Part shown: positions 40,537 through 52,359 of the stretch, in pieces
Numbering within the stretch: the stretch's first letter is position 1
Layout: each line of letters begins with the position of its first letter
Source of the DNA: Asterias rubens
Taxonomy: Eukaryota
DNA: 64,000 bases
NCBI RefSeq assembly: GCF_902459465.1
Contig: NC_047074.1
Location: 6,324,001 to 6,388,000, forward strand
Reading direction: 5' to 3'
Position numbers and translations under genes: made by a program
Notes under the pieces: model-generated
Told to the model about the DNA's origin: nothing
What the model saw: only the letters and a program-made list of their open reading frames with translations
The model's database searches: none

Positions 40537-41607
40537 GGCGCCTTGTCAAAACCTCCAAGCCGTTCCATTCCGCGTGCATTCTGCGGGAGTCCGCGGATTT
40601 TTGTAACAAAAGAACCCGTCGCAACCGGGCAGGTCCACGGCCACGATGGCTCATTTACATGTCAATAAACATGAATATTCCGGCGGCTCCGCGAAGCGAC
40701 TGGTCGGCCATTGTAAGGTCCAGCTTATGAGCTGATCGGCGGAACCGCGGAGGAATGTAGGTGGTTAACAATGGTTTTACCTTTGCAGAATAAAAAGCAA
40801 AGTGAGGGTGGATGTGTAACTAAAAGCCATTTCCTCCAATGTGTGATTTTTAAGACTTGGTTGGGCCTACATAACCAAAACATGAACTTCAAAAATGGTT
40901 TTCTTTATTCCCGGCTTCGACTGACAAAAGTTCCAGGCTACGTGCAAACTCCGTTCCAAGTGGGTCAGAGTATCCAGGGGACAATTTTAACTGTTCGTTC
41001 TTACTTTCCAAGCAGAAAACATCAGTTTCTTATTTATAAAATCCCAAGTCACCGTCACCAACAAACAAATCTACACACCTGTGCGACTGTGTTCATGTCA
41101 AAAGAACCAGATAGTCTGGTTCGTCCAATGTCTGAGGGGGGAGAAAGCCACAGTCTTAGAGACACATGTTTCGATTGGCTGTTGAATTTCCATATAGCGC
41201 GTAACGAATGTTTTCATTGGTCGATTTTGCCCTACTGCCAGAGCAGCATGTAATTGTATTCAACATCACGGAAGAAAACGTTAGTAGTCGGCGACGGTGA
41301 TTTCTTATTAATATAGCATATTTTTTTCTTGCAGGAAAATTGATTAAATGTGAACGGTTCAAGTTAAAAATCTATATTTTTGTATCAAGCATAAATGTTG
41401 CAAGTTAGGCTTCGCTAACTGGATCGCAACATTTGCGATGCACTTTTTAGAATTGCATCGCAAATTGCGATGTGATACAGGCGAAATCGTTTCCTGATTT
41501 ATGAAGTGCGCGATTATCACATGTGCTGCCACACCCAATGCATGGTGTTATTGTATTGTCCGCAGACTCTCCGCGGAGAAACGCCCGGGAGGTTTTGACA
41601 AGGCGCC
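40537..41607. mobile_element. About 1.07-kb non-autonomous DNA transposon with a TAA TSD (PIF/Harbinger-like)
   Basis: TIRs ggcgccttgtcaaaacctcc / ggaggttttgacaaggcgcc, with TAA on both sides (40534-40536 and 41608-41610). Confidence 0.7.
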
Positions 41608-43544
41608 TAAATAATAAAAAAATAAAAAATAAAGAAGTGTATACAAAATAAATAGATACGACCCTTGACCCTTGAGCATGACCTCTGTTTCATCCCTTAT
41701 GGTATTGGTGAGTTTGGGGCGATTTCAAAGGCCCATTGCTCAAAATCTAGAAAAGAATAATGTTTCTATAGATAATTAACATAATCCACTTTCAAAATTG
41801 ATTCTAAGCCTGATTTTTTAGGGGGTAATATATCCACTTAAACCTTCAAAACTTCACAAATCTACTGATATGAGGGACTTTTTGAGATTTTTAATCCCCT
41901 TTTGCCCACATAAAATGTCAGTTTGCTTGTTCTAAGATTTTCATATTAGTTCAGTGTCTAGGTACATGTATCTGAGTGCCCCAACTAAGAAAAGTCATAT
42001 AAAAACTTCATTGGATGTTTGGCAGGGGTAGGAATAGACCAATAAAAGTCCAGTATTGAACGCTCTGTAATTGATCAAACCTGAACAATAAATCGTCAAA
42101 AATACATTGTTACTCTAAAAATAGTGGACTTCCAGTAGCTAAAAGTTACTCATGCCAAAGAATACAGCTGAAGAAAGTCCTAACGTTGAGGTTTTAAGAG
42201 ATAAATAAGGCTGCAATCAAGTTTCACATCAAAGATGCTACAGGGCGTTGTGGTAAGTCATTCTTACCACAGTATTGCAGAGTATTGCGTAATCACTCGG
42301 ACAATCATTATGTGCACACACCCACACATATGAAAGGGGTAAGGCAAACACCCCATATTGGCTTGCTTCGCCGACTGGGCAAAAAGATGCCTTTAAAGTG
42401 ACTTCGGTTCATACCTGAGTTGCCATAGCTGTCACTTAGCACAAGGTGTCTGTCAGATTCTACTGTATTTGCCCAGAGTGGTGTGGCTCTCTGATTAGTT
42501 AGTATAGTGGTACCGCAGCACCCGGGACTCAATTTTAGTATGTCATGCAGAGTAGTATCCGTCTAATGTCCTGTAAGAATAAAAGTTCATGAGTTAGATT
42601 TAGCTCAAAGCCCATTTTCACAGATCTGCTTTCAAAGTAGGACAAATTGCTTAACATAAAAATATCTGCTCAGCAACCAGGGCCCTATTCTAGCGTTATT
42701 TTATAGCAGAAAATTCTGCTTGACAAGTTTCTTTGCAAAGCAAAAATTTATCGGGGGCACCAGTCACAATGCAAACTAAATGTAGTTTTGACTGGTATCT
42801 GTCTTTCTCTATGCAATACTTTCCTGTGCTTAGCACATTTGATATGTGCGTACAGGCTTTATGGAATTGGTTAAAGTGGGAAAATTGCTATCAAAATTTC
42901 TCGACTTTCAAATTCTAATGCCTTGGCGAAAATTGTGTATTATAAAATTGCTACCAAGTGTAAGAAAACACAACAATGTATACATGGATGACCTTTTTGC
43001 TCCATGGACATGTGCTTGAGCCCAAAACTGACACAACTCGGGCCAGACCCATTCAGTCATCGTAGCTTTTGCCTCCCTCAAAAGCGTTACTGGTGTAGCT
43101 AGCAAGACCTGCATCCCAACTCTTCAGCCTAGCCTTGTGTTCTCAAGCGCAATGAACACTTCTGTCAAGTTGCCCCGTCTTCACCCCTTCTCAGCCACCT
43201 GATGTGGCACAAGTGTGCCCTCTCTTGACCACTCTGAGGGCCTACCCTAACAAGACTCAACTTCATTCACACAACGTCAGCTTGGACTCGGACCACATCC
43301 TGCCGAGGACACCACACCACACTGTTTTCATCTCTCATGGCCGAATTTGACGAAGCCTATGATCCCGATATGAAAAGGCACAATGACGCCTCTAGCCCCT
43401 TCCAGGCTGTCATCAACATCCATGGGCTCTATGTGCAACCATGGAGGAAGAAACCCACACAGCACAAAGGCTGAATGCATGCACTTCATGCTCCTCACAA
43501 ATTGAAGGATAGTAAGCCACTATAGTAAGCCACAGCCGTCTCTC

Positions 43545-43710
43545 ATGCCTGACATCAATTCCACCTTACGCCTGATTACACAATGGAATTGCAACAGACC
43601 TCACAAATGCCTTCTATCGGATTCAACTCTCCAGCGGCTCAATGAAATATTGTGGAGGCGCACTCTGCAGCATCCGTGTCTACACCGGATCAGCCATGTG
43701 CATGGTCCGA
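43545..43710 (+). pseudogene. Isolated LTR-retrotransposon reverse transcriptase fragment
   Basis: Across a frameshift it reads MPDINSTLRLITQW..ATDLTNAFYRIQLS..SMKYCG..IRVYT.SAM, matching the Gypsy RT DLxxAFxQI region. Confidence 0.6.
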
Positions 43711-44447
43711 AGTTACTGTTGCGATATCGCTACACTTCTCCCTCGGCCTTAGAGCACACCAAAGCCAACGAAGTGACGAACTCGGTCCGAAACAAAGTCA
43801 ACTCAGTCCTTTTACCTGTTTACCTGTTTACCTGTAGATTCGGGCTCTGCATTTAAGGCTAAATGTAGTTGTGGTAACTTAACCCTCCTGCCGACGCCGA
43901 GGAGGGTTACGTTATCGTAACTAGGCTAAATGAAGCTTTTTAAGTTACAAGACGCGATCCATATTCAAACAACAACCTACTGCAAAAGTACTGAATGCAA
44001 TGGAAACTTTAGCAAAGTCAATGTGCAGACCAGAATGTATAATTCCATATTATATCCTGTCAGTAAAACTTAAAAAATAAAAGTCCTACCAATATTTCCG
44101 ATAAATGGATACAACCATTTTTAATTCTTTGTGTTTTAAAAATGTGTCATTTTTATTTCAGGGGGGAAAAATGTCCATGGCTTAAAAAAATGCAAAGTAA
44201 AACTATTTCTTAAGCCACATCTTTTAACGAAAACAATTTCAAGAAAATTCTTCTTTTTAAAAGCAATTAGCTCTTTAGGCTAGGGCTACAGTCAGTGCGC
44301 AACTTTGAGATAATGAAGGTGATGCGCAGAGTTTCTTTGCAAAATCGTGATCACAATAGGCGCTCTCGAACCCTTTGAGAATTCACATGAAAATGCGAGT
44401 GTTCATTAGCGCGTCAGTAAACCGCTCCGTTTGTTGGGAAATGTTTC

Positions 44448-44571
44448 TGTAGAATGAGCATATACACATCTATTGTATATTGTCATACCGCCCTCTTGTG
44501 ACTAGTATTGGTTAGGTGTCACATGTAAACACTTGGTGTAAGTCAGTCAGAGTCTCTTGCCTATTATTACA
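44448..44571 (+). mobile_element. Solo LTR of the Gypsy 1 family
   Basis: Matches 11946-12118 apart from an internal deletion of about 49 bp. TG...CA ends. TSD GTTTC at 44443-44447 and 44572-44576. Confidence 0.93.
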
Positions 44572-45004
44572 GTTTCAACGAAAAAACTTAAAATGAAAGA
44601 GCATTATCTTGAGATGTTGTTATAAATGAAGAGTTATCAAATGTGTTAAATTGTATGCACATTTTAAACAAAAACCTTCGCAAAGTGTGACATGAATAAA
44701 ACTCCTTTTTGATGAACCCTTCACGTTTGCCGTGACCCTGACTGTTTACCGTTACTTCGGTGATTAGCATTGAAGAATTTTGCGGTTGTTAGGTTTTTAA
44801 ATTTTTACTGCGGTAAACCAGGGAACACATTTATTTTGGCGTCACAAAAGGGGCAAACTTTAAAAATTTTTTAAATTGTTTAATGGAATTGATTATGAGG
44901 TCAGGATTACATGACATACGCGCATAGTCCAGCGGCGCTAACGCGCTAGGTGAGCGCTTTTGTTTTGTTTCTTCTGCGTATCGACGAACGGGCTACACTA
45001 AACA

Positions 45005-45298
45005 CATAGAGTTATATATAAGAACTAGAGGGCGCACTGGCCTATATACGCGCCCCGGTATGTGCGCAGGCGGCCATTTTCTAAGTTGACAAAACTGGCA
45101 TCTCACAGCGTGTGTTTGTGCGGCCATTTTGTAAGTTGAACAAACAGCATCGCGTGAGCGTTCAATAAAAAAAACCTCAACCGTGTATTTCATAATCAAC
45201 GCGCGTACAGAATGACGCGCTTGTCATCTTGCGGTCCCGTGGCGTTTGTGCACGAAGCATCACTCGTGCGCCCTCTAGTTCTTATATATAACTCTATG
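45005..45298. mobile_element. hAT-type MITE
   Basis: Perfect TIR of about 35 bp (catagagttatatataagaactagagggcgcac...). 8-bp TSD actaaaca at 44997-45004 and 45299-45306. Confidence 0.85.
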
Positions 45299-46384
45299 AC
45301 TAAACAGCATATCGTAGGAGGTCCTGTTTTCGAGGTGTCCCTAAAATCGTGGCAAATCTTTTACCTCTCTGTGCGCGATGTAAACAGTTCGTATTGTGTG
45401 GTTTTATTTGCCAAGCAAAGAGTCTCCTCTCCCTTGACCAAAACTTAGGAACATGTAAGGCTCCACTGGTTATTTGCTCTCGTAAATGCAAAAAGTTTGG
45501 TATTTTAGGCATTTCTACAAGGTACAAAAATATGTCATAATGTTGAGGCCATATAAAAATATTTGCCCACCGAAAACGTTTCATCAAACACTATGTTAAT
45601 TCACAATTCACGATGATCAAATCATGTGACTGAATATTTTGCTGAGCATTCTGGAAAAAAATACAGAGGCTTAAAGAAGCCATGTGCCTTATATCATTTT
45701 CTAATATTTTTGGCAATTTTTATTTTGTAACCCTCATATCAATACTATTATTAGCTATACTATTATTATATCAGCTTGTTGATTCAATTATCACTGTTTA
45801 TTTATACGCTTTATTATAAATATTAAGGAAAAAAATTTAAAAAAATAAATAAAAATCAGATTTGGAAGCCAGTAATTATTCACACTTTTTATGTTTTTTA
45901 TGTTTTTTTATTTTTTGCAAGTTTCCATGGTAATTTTAAAAATTTATTATAAAAAATATTTTGAATAAAATGAAGGCAACTGCTGGCTATATAGTCATAC
46001 ACAGAGTCTCAAAGAACACTTGTAGTCACTGCAGATGTTTCTTCCATGTATGATGGCTTCACCGGGAAACCATACTTTCTCGTTTGCCGTGAAAACTGGA
46101 AAAACTCAAAACAAATGGGGCCAGTTGAAGTCATCGAAGATCGGTGTGTGGTTTGAACATTTCAATGTTCATCAAGTTTTAATACATGTTTGCATACTTA
46201 ATATTAACAAATGAAGATAATTAGGGCATCGGTTGATATATGGCATCATTATTTTTTTTCCAATTCAAAGAAAAAGGCATAATAGCGTGAAAATTGGTAA
46301 GCAGAGGATACATCATCCCCAAAATGAGTTTCCTTAACAACGGAGATGGCACACGCCTAGCCCAGGTCAGGTGGATGTCCTACC

Positions 46385-49300
46385 TGTTGCAATATGCATA
46401 AAGTTGTTTATTGACCTTTGACCTTTCGTGTGTTGCATTAAACGTTCCCGGATGTTAGCTTAAATCAGTGACTCGTGTCTATAATCTTGTGCACCTAAAA
46501 TCATTGTTTACTAACTAAAGTATGAAGCATAGCATATTGAAACATGGTGGCAGCGGTGAAGTATTCATCATAGAACTCTAAGTTACGTTTTTCTATAATG
46601 AAAAACTGAAGAGAACCCGTCCAGGAGAAAAGCAAAAAAGGACAACCGATCAGTCCGTGAGCCCATCTATCTACATGCGTCCGTGAACCACCGTTCTGCA
46701 CTACACTACACTCGTCTGTGGATGTGTACGTCGCCCGTAAGTTGTAGTTTAAACTCTTAAACCGTGTTGATGTTTAGCAATGTTGATAGTCACCGAAACA
46801 AACAAAAGTGACGGGAAAGTGATTGTACTTAAAATAGTAGGAAAACGTACAAGAAATATGCAATCTGAATCTCACTGAACTGATGATAAATGCATACCTA
46901 CTCAGTACTTTCACTCATCATGCTAAAAATAACACACTCTCGACTCGTGAGAGGGCTCACTTCATGAACATTGTGAACTACATATGTACCGCTCACTGAC
47001 ATCTACGCACCTGACTAGTGCTCGTATCTACGTTGCTGTTTTGGCATAAAAAAAATATATATATAAAAAATGGCTTGTGCTAAACCCTTCACCCATGTGT
47101 CTCCCCCACCTCAACTAAAGCTCAAAGAAAATGCAATCGAAGAGTGGAAAATGTTTAAACAGATGTACTCCAACTACTGCATTATAACTGAACTGAGCAA
47201 ACATGACAAGGCATATCAAAAGGCAGTATTCCTTCACTCTATGGGCCCTGCTGGGGTAAAGATCTTCAATAGCCTGACCTTCTCTGAAGATGATGATAAA
47301 GATGATATCACCCTTATCACGCAGAAACTTGATCATTACATCATTGGTGAAGTAAATGAAACATACGAGCGATATATGTTCAATAAGAGGGACCAAGAAG
47401 CATCAGAATCTATAGAGGCTTATCTATCAGCTCTCCGTGAACTTGCCAAAACATGCAACTTTTGTGATTGTTTACAAGACAGCCTACTTTGTGACCGAAT
47501 TGTTCTCGGGATCCGTGACTCACACACACGTAAACTGCTGCTACAGAAACGCAAACTCACTCTAAAGATGGCTCTTGATATCTGCAGGTCAGCTGAAGCA
47601 ACCACATTTCAGCTGAAATCCTTTGGTGAAACCGAAACTGAGGCTGTCCACAAAGTTAGTGACTGGAAAACTAAGAAGGAAACAACAGCTAAACACACAG
47701 GGAAACTCCCCACCATCACATGCAAATTCTGTGCTCGCAAACATCTGAGAAAAAAAGAACTCTGTCCTGCATGGGGAAAAACCTGTAGCTTATGCAAACG
47801 AGACAACCACTTCAAGCAATGCTGCAAGTTCAACAAAGAGACACGCAAAGTTCACGCACTAGATGACGCCCACGTGTATGGCTCTAATGAATCATTAGAC
47901 TCTAGTGGCACTGAATCCATCAACTGTGTAGAGATTGCTGTCAATGCTGTAGAAAACACCAAAGATGCTCTCTTTGCTGAAATGATGCTTGATGGCAAAT
48001 CAATGAAGTTTCAAATAGACTCAGGAGCTACCGTCAATGTTTTGCCAAGGAAATATGTGACTGAATCCACAATTCAACCACACAACCTCACACTTAAGAT
48101 GTACAACCAGTCCACGCTAAAAGCTGTTGGCAAGACAAAAGTCAGCTTGCGCAACCCCCAAAATAAGAAGAAATACAGGGTTGAATTTGTGGTGATTGAA
48201 CCAAACTCCTTCACTCCCCTCCTTAGCCGCAATGCTGCTGAACGCATGTCACTGATCACGGTCAACTACATGTATGACACTTTCAGACTACTGCACTCAG
48301 TAAACGTCACATCCACTGAAGGCATTCTTGCAGAATATGATGATGTATTCAAAGGCAAACTTCCAGGTTCTCTACCAGGATTAGTCCACCTCCACATTGC
48401 AGAAGACGCAAGACCAGTGCAATGCTCACCTAAGAAAGTACCAGTGTCACTAAAACACAAAGTCAAGACAGGACTAGCACAACTGGTTAAAGATGACATT
48501 CTTGCACCAGTTGATGAACCTACTGAATGGTGTAGTCGCATGGCAGTGACAGCAAAGAAAACCTTGAATGATCTATGATACTGTATCGATCCCCGTCCAC
48601 TGAACAAAGTACTACAAAGAGAGTTGTACGAATTGCCCGTTATGGAAGACATCTTACCAGAACTTTCCAGAGCTAAAATTTTCTCTAAACTGGACCTCCG
48701 ATCTGGATATCTACATTGTGTGCTTGATGACCAAAGTAGTCTGCTCACTACCATGATGACACCGTTTGGCAGATACAGATGGAAAAGACTCCCATTTGGT
48801 CTGAAAGTCAGCTCTGAAATATTTCAGAAACGCCTCCACCAAGCAATTGCTGACCTTGACGGCATTGAATGCGTTGCCGATGACATCATTGTTTTTGGTG
48901 TTGGCGATACAACCGATGAGGCAGAACAGAGCCACAATGCAAGGCTAAAACAACTCCTCCAGAGATGCAGAGAAAAAGGCATCAAACTCAATGGAGAAAA
49001 ATCTGAGATCAAATCTCAAAGCATCACCTTCCTAGGACACGTTGTCACCAGTGAAGGTCTAAAAATTTATGCAAAAAAGGTTGAAGCCATCACCAAAATG
49101 AGTAATCCAACCAACCCCGTAGAAGTACAACGACTCCAAGGAAGTGTCACATATTTGGCCAAATTCCTCCCAAGATTATCCGAGGTATTTGAACCAATCA
49201 GAAGACTCACAAGAAAAGGTGCAGAATGGCAGTTAAGAACACAACAGAGCAATGTCTGATGTAAAAACACTGGTTACAACTGCACCAATACTGGCCTACT

Positions 49301-51703
49301 ACAATCCAAAAAGAGATGTAACCATACAATGTGATGCCAGTAAAACAGGTCTCGGTGCGGCTATCCTACAAGAAGGAAAACCAATTGCTTATGCAAGTAG
49401 GGCATTGACCCCAACTGAACAGAGATATGCCCAAATTGAGAAAGAGGCTCTTGCACGATTCCACCAGTACACCTTTGGTCAAAAAAATCTAGTTGAAAGT
49501 GACCATAAACCGCTCGAGACAATTGTCAAGAAACCACTTCATCGTGCCCCAAGACGTCTCCAAGGCATGCTGATGAGAATGTTGAACTACGACATAGAAA
49601 TTCTCTGGAAGAAAGGCACGGAAATGCATCTTGCAGATATGCTGTCCAGATCCTACCTACCGTACACTGATGGATCAGATGACTTTGCTCAGGTCAACCT
49701 GGTTGATAGCCTTAGCATGGGACCAGACAGACTACGACAAATAAAAGAAGAAACGGACAAAGATGAATCACTGCAACTACTGAAAGTGGTGATCCAACAA
49801 GGGTGGCCCGATGAGAAAGACTTCCTTCCATCCCAAACACTACCTTACTTCAACGTTCGTGACGAACTCTCCCTTTCGGATGGTCTTGTGTTCCGAGGGG
49901 AGCGCATCGTAATACCAAGCTCACTCAGGAAAGAAATGATAAAGACAGTTCACAACTCTCATCTTGGTGTTGAAAGTTCCCTCAGGAGAGCTCGTGAATG
50001 TCTATTCTGGCCAGGCATGTCTGCTGAGATAAAGCAGTTTGTATCAAACTGTGATGCGTGCAGATCATATGAGACAAAAAACCAGAAGGAAACACTCATG
50101 CCTCATGATCTACCAAACCGCCCCTGGGAGAAAATTGGAGCCGATCTTCTAGAGTATGATGGTAAGGACTACCTAATCACTGTTGACTATTTGTCCAACT
50201 TCTGGGAAATAGACAGACTCCACAACCTGACCTCAAAAACTGTCATAAAAAAGTTGAAATCTCACTTTGCAAGATATGGCATACCAAACTCGGTAATCAG
50301 CGACAATGGTGGTCAGTTCACGTCCGATGAGTTCAAGAAATTTTCCAAAGTTTGGGATTTTGAACATTTCACTATCTCCCCCAAACATAGCCAATCTAAT
50401 GGTAAAGTGGAGTCTGCAGTGAAGGCTGCAAAAAGACTACTAAAGAAGTGCAAGAAAGCCAACTCTGACCCATACATGGCACTTCTTGAACTGAGAAATA
50501 CTCCAACTCAAGGAATCAGCAGCAGTCCCGCACAAAGACTGCATAGCCGAAGAACCAGAACCCTTCTACCCACATCTAACAGCCTGTTAGTACCAAGAGG
50601 AAAAGACATCATGGAAAGTGAGCGAGCCAAAATGAAACATCTACAGAGAAAACAGTCGGACAACTACAACAAACATGCAAAAGACTTGCCATCGCTGGCA
50701 GAAGGAGATGTTGTACGACTGAAACCATTCCGCTCTGGAGAAAAACAATGGCCACGGGCTGTTGTAAGCAAGAGACTGGACGAGAGATCCTACGAAATCG
50801 AAACCCAACAAGGACAGACCTTGAGACGCAATCATGTTGACCTGAAGAAAACGCGTGAAGAACCACCAGTAATGCATGGTCACACAAACATGAGACACTT
50901 GCATGCCCCGACCCCCACTGACCAATGCATTACAAAGCAAACCATCCTACCACCACAGAGTCACCCAGACCCACAAGTATCTGATGGATCTGGAACACCG
51001 AAACAACCCACACGGAAACAACCCACACGCATCCCTCAAATGGAACACCCCCCAGGAATGCATCAAACAATTGACCCAAACCCTCAACAAGAGACAATTG
51101 AACTGAAAGACTTGCCAAAAACCAGATCTGGTAGAATGATCAAAGAACCTAGCAGACTAAAGGACTAAGTTAAATACTGAGAACTGAGTTCAAAGCAAAA
51201 CAAGATGCTGTTCGCAAATTGACAACAGTTGCTTGAGTTTATATATCTAAAAAAGAATTTTTTTTGTTCAAACCAAAAAAGGCGTTTTAAGCAGATGTAT
51301 GCCTTCCACAGTTGAGAGGGTATTTTGGTTTATCAAAAAAAAAAAAAGTTAGGAGAAATCCCTCATTTTGTTTGACTAGAGAAAACAAATTGTTTCTCTA
51401 TTTTTTTTTCCACCTGTTTTTTTTTTCTTCTTTGGAGAAAACATGATTTAATGCATGTCTAAAATAACTTGTTTTTCCCAGTGTTCAAGTTGGAGTTAAA
51501 TTGTTGTGGCTTTCAAAAATGCTCCTTCCTCAAAAAGAGGAGGAAGTTGCAATATGCATAAAGTTGTTTATTGACCTTTGACCTTTCGTGTGTTGCATTA
51601 AACGTTCCCGATGTTAGCTTAAATCAGTGACTCGTGTCTATAATCTTGTGTACCTAAAATCATTGTTTACTAACTAAAGTATGAAGCATAGCATATTGAA
51701 ACA
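46385..51703 (+). mobile_element. Ty3/Gypsy LTR retrotransposon 3, full length, few lesions
   Basis: LTRs 46385-46544 and 51545-51703 differ at three positions by eye. TSD CTACC at 46380-46384 and 51704-51708. PBS tggtggcagcggtg at 46545. PPT aaaaagaggagga just before the 3' LTR. Confidence 0.97.
47070..51168 (+). pseudogene. gag-pol of Gypsy 3, disrupted
   Basis: gag-protease ORF 47070-48578 (Zn knuckles, FQIDSGA) continues in frame past TGA 48576-48578 into RT (VADD). After a frameshift near 49250 it continues as RNase H-integrase 49252-51168, ending in TRSGRMIKEPSRLKD. Confidence 0.92.
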
Positions 51704-52348
51704 CTACCAGGGCTAGCACACGCCGTACGTTTGCCGTGACCCTGACTGTTTCCCGTAACATCATAAAAAATGAATGAGTGGTTTGCATAAAGAAAGAAAT
51801 TAACCTTTCCACACATTTGTTCAAATCTACTGCGGGGATTCGATAAACTAACGAAAATAGACATTTTCTGAGACTTAAATTTTAGTACAAAAACGTAAAA
51901 GTTGTCATAAAAAAAACCTCTCGAAATATTGTTTATAATTAATAAACAACAAGCCTGATCGAAAGTTTACCATGCACTACCACTAGTTGTTTTTCAGGGT
52001 CGTTTCTCAGCTAAATACTCAGCTCCTCGCATTGAGTGTTGCTACTGGAAATTCTTGCTACTCCCTCATTCATCCCCGGCCACCGGCCATGTTGTTGTTG
52101 TTGCTCGACTCCTCCTCTGATCCTGCCGGCCGCTAGCCTTCAGTCAAGGCGGCTTTCGTGGCACCCCCAGATGTCACGCACACTATCTACGAGCCTAATG
52201 TCATTTTTGTGGAGTGGCATGCCACTGCGTGCGCCTTGACTAAAGTCTAGCCGTAGACCGGCCCAGTGCAGCAGCGACGGCTAGCAAGGAGCCGCGTCGC
52301 TCGCCAGCGTGGTTTCGAAAAAACCCTATCTACATGTGTATCAGGAAC

Positions 52349-52359
52349 AAGATGGCGGC
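52349..52359 (+). promoter_or_regulatory. YY1-like motif overlapping the INTS4 start codon, in a CpG-rich promoter region
   Basis: AAGATGGCGGC matches the YY1 consensus. CpG density is visibly raised at about 52070-52360. Function is not shown by sequence alone. Confidence 0.4.

Larger units (their letters stand above)
46358..51715. mobile_element. 34-bp TAGCCC...GGGCTA mini-element with a 9-bp TSD, enclosing Gypsy 3
   Basis: TSD gcacacgcc at 46349-46357 and 51716-51724. Removing the Gypsy and one copy of its TSD leaves tagcccaggtcaggtggatgtcctaccagggcta. Confidence 0.75.

Noticed and set aside
40771-41253. 160-aa ORF inside the Harbinger-like element as a transposase or captured gene
   Set aside because: I could not recognise DDE, Myb/SANT or any other motif.
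48576-48578. Programmed readthrough or selenocysteine at the in-frame TGA of Gypsy 3
   Set aside because: It falls inside RT where an Arg is expected (DLR.CIDP), so CGA-to-TGA decay is simpler. The element also has a downstream frameshift.
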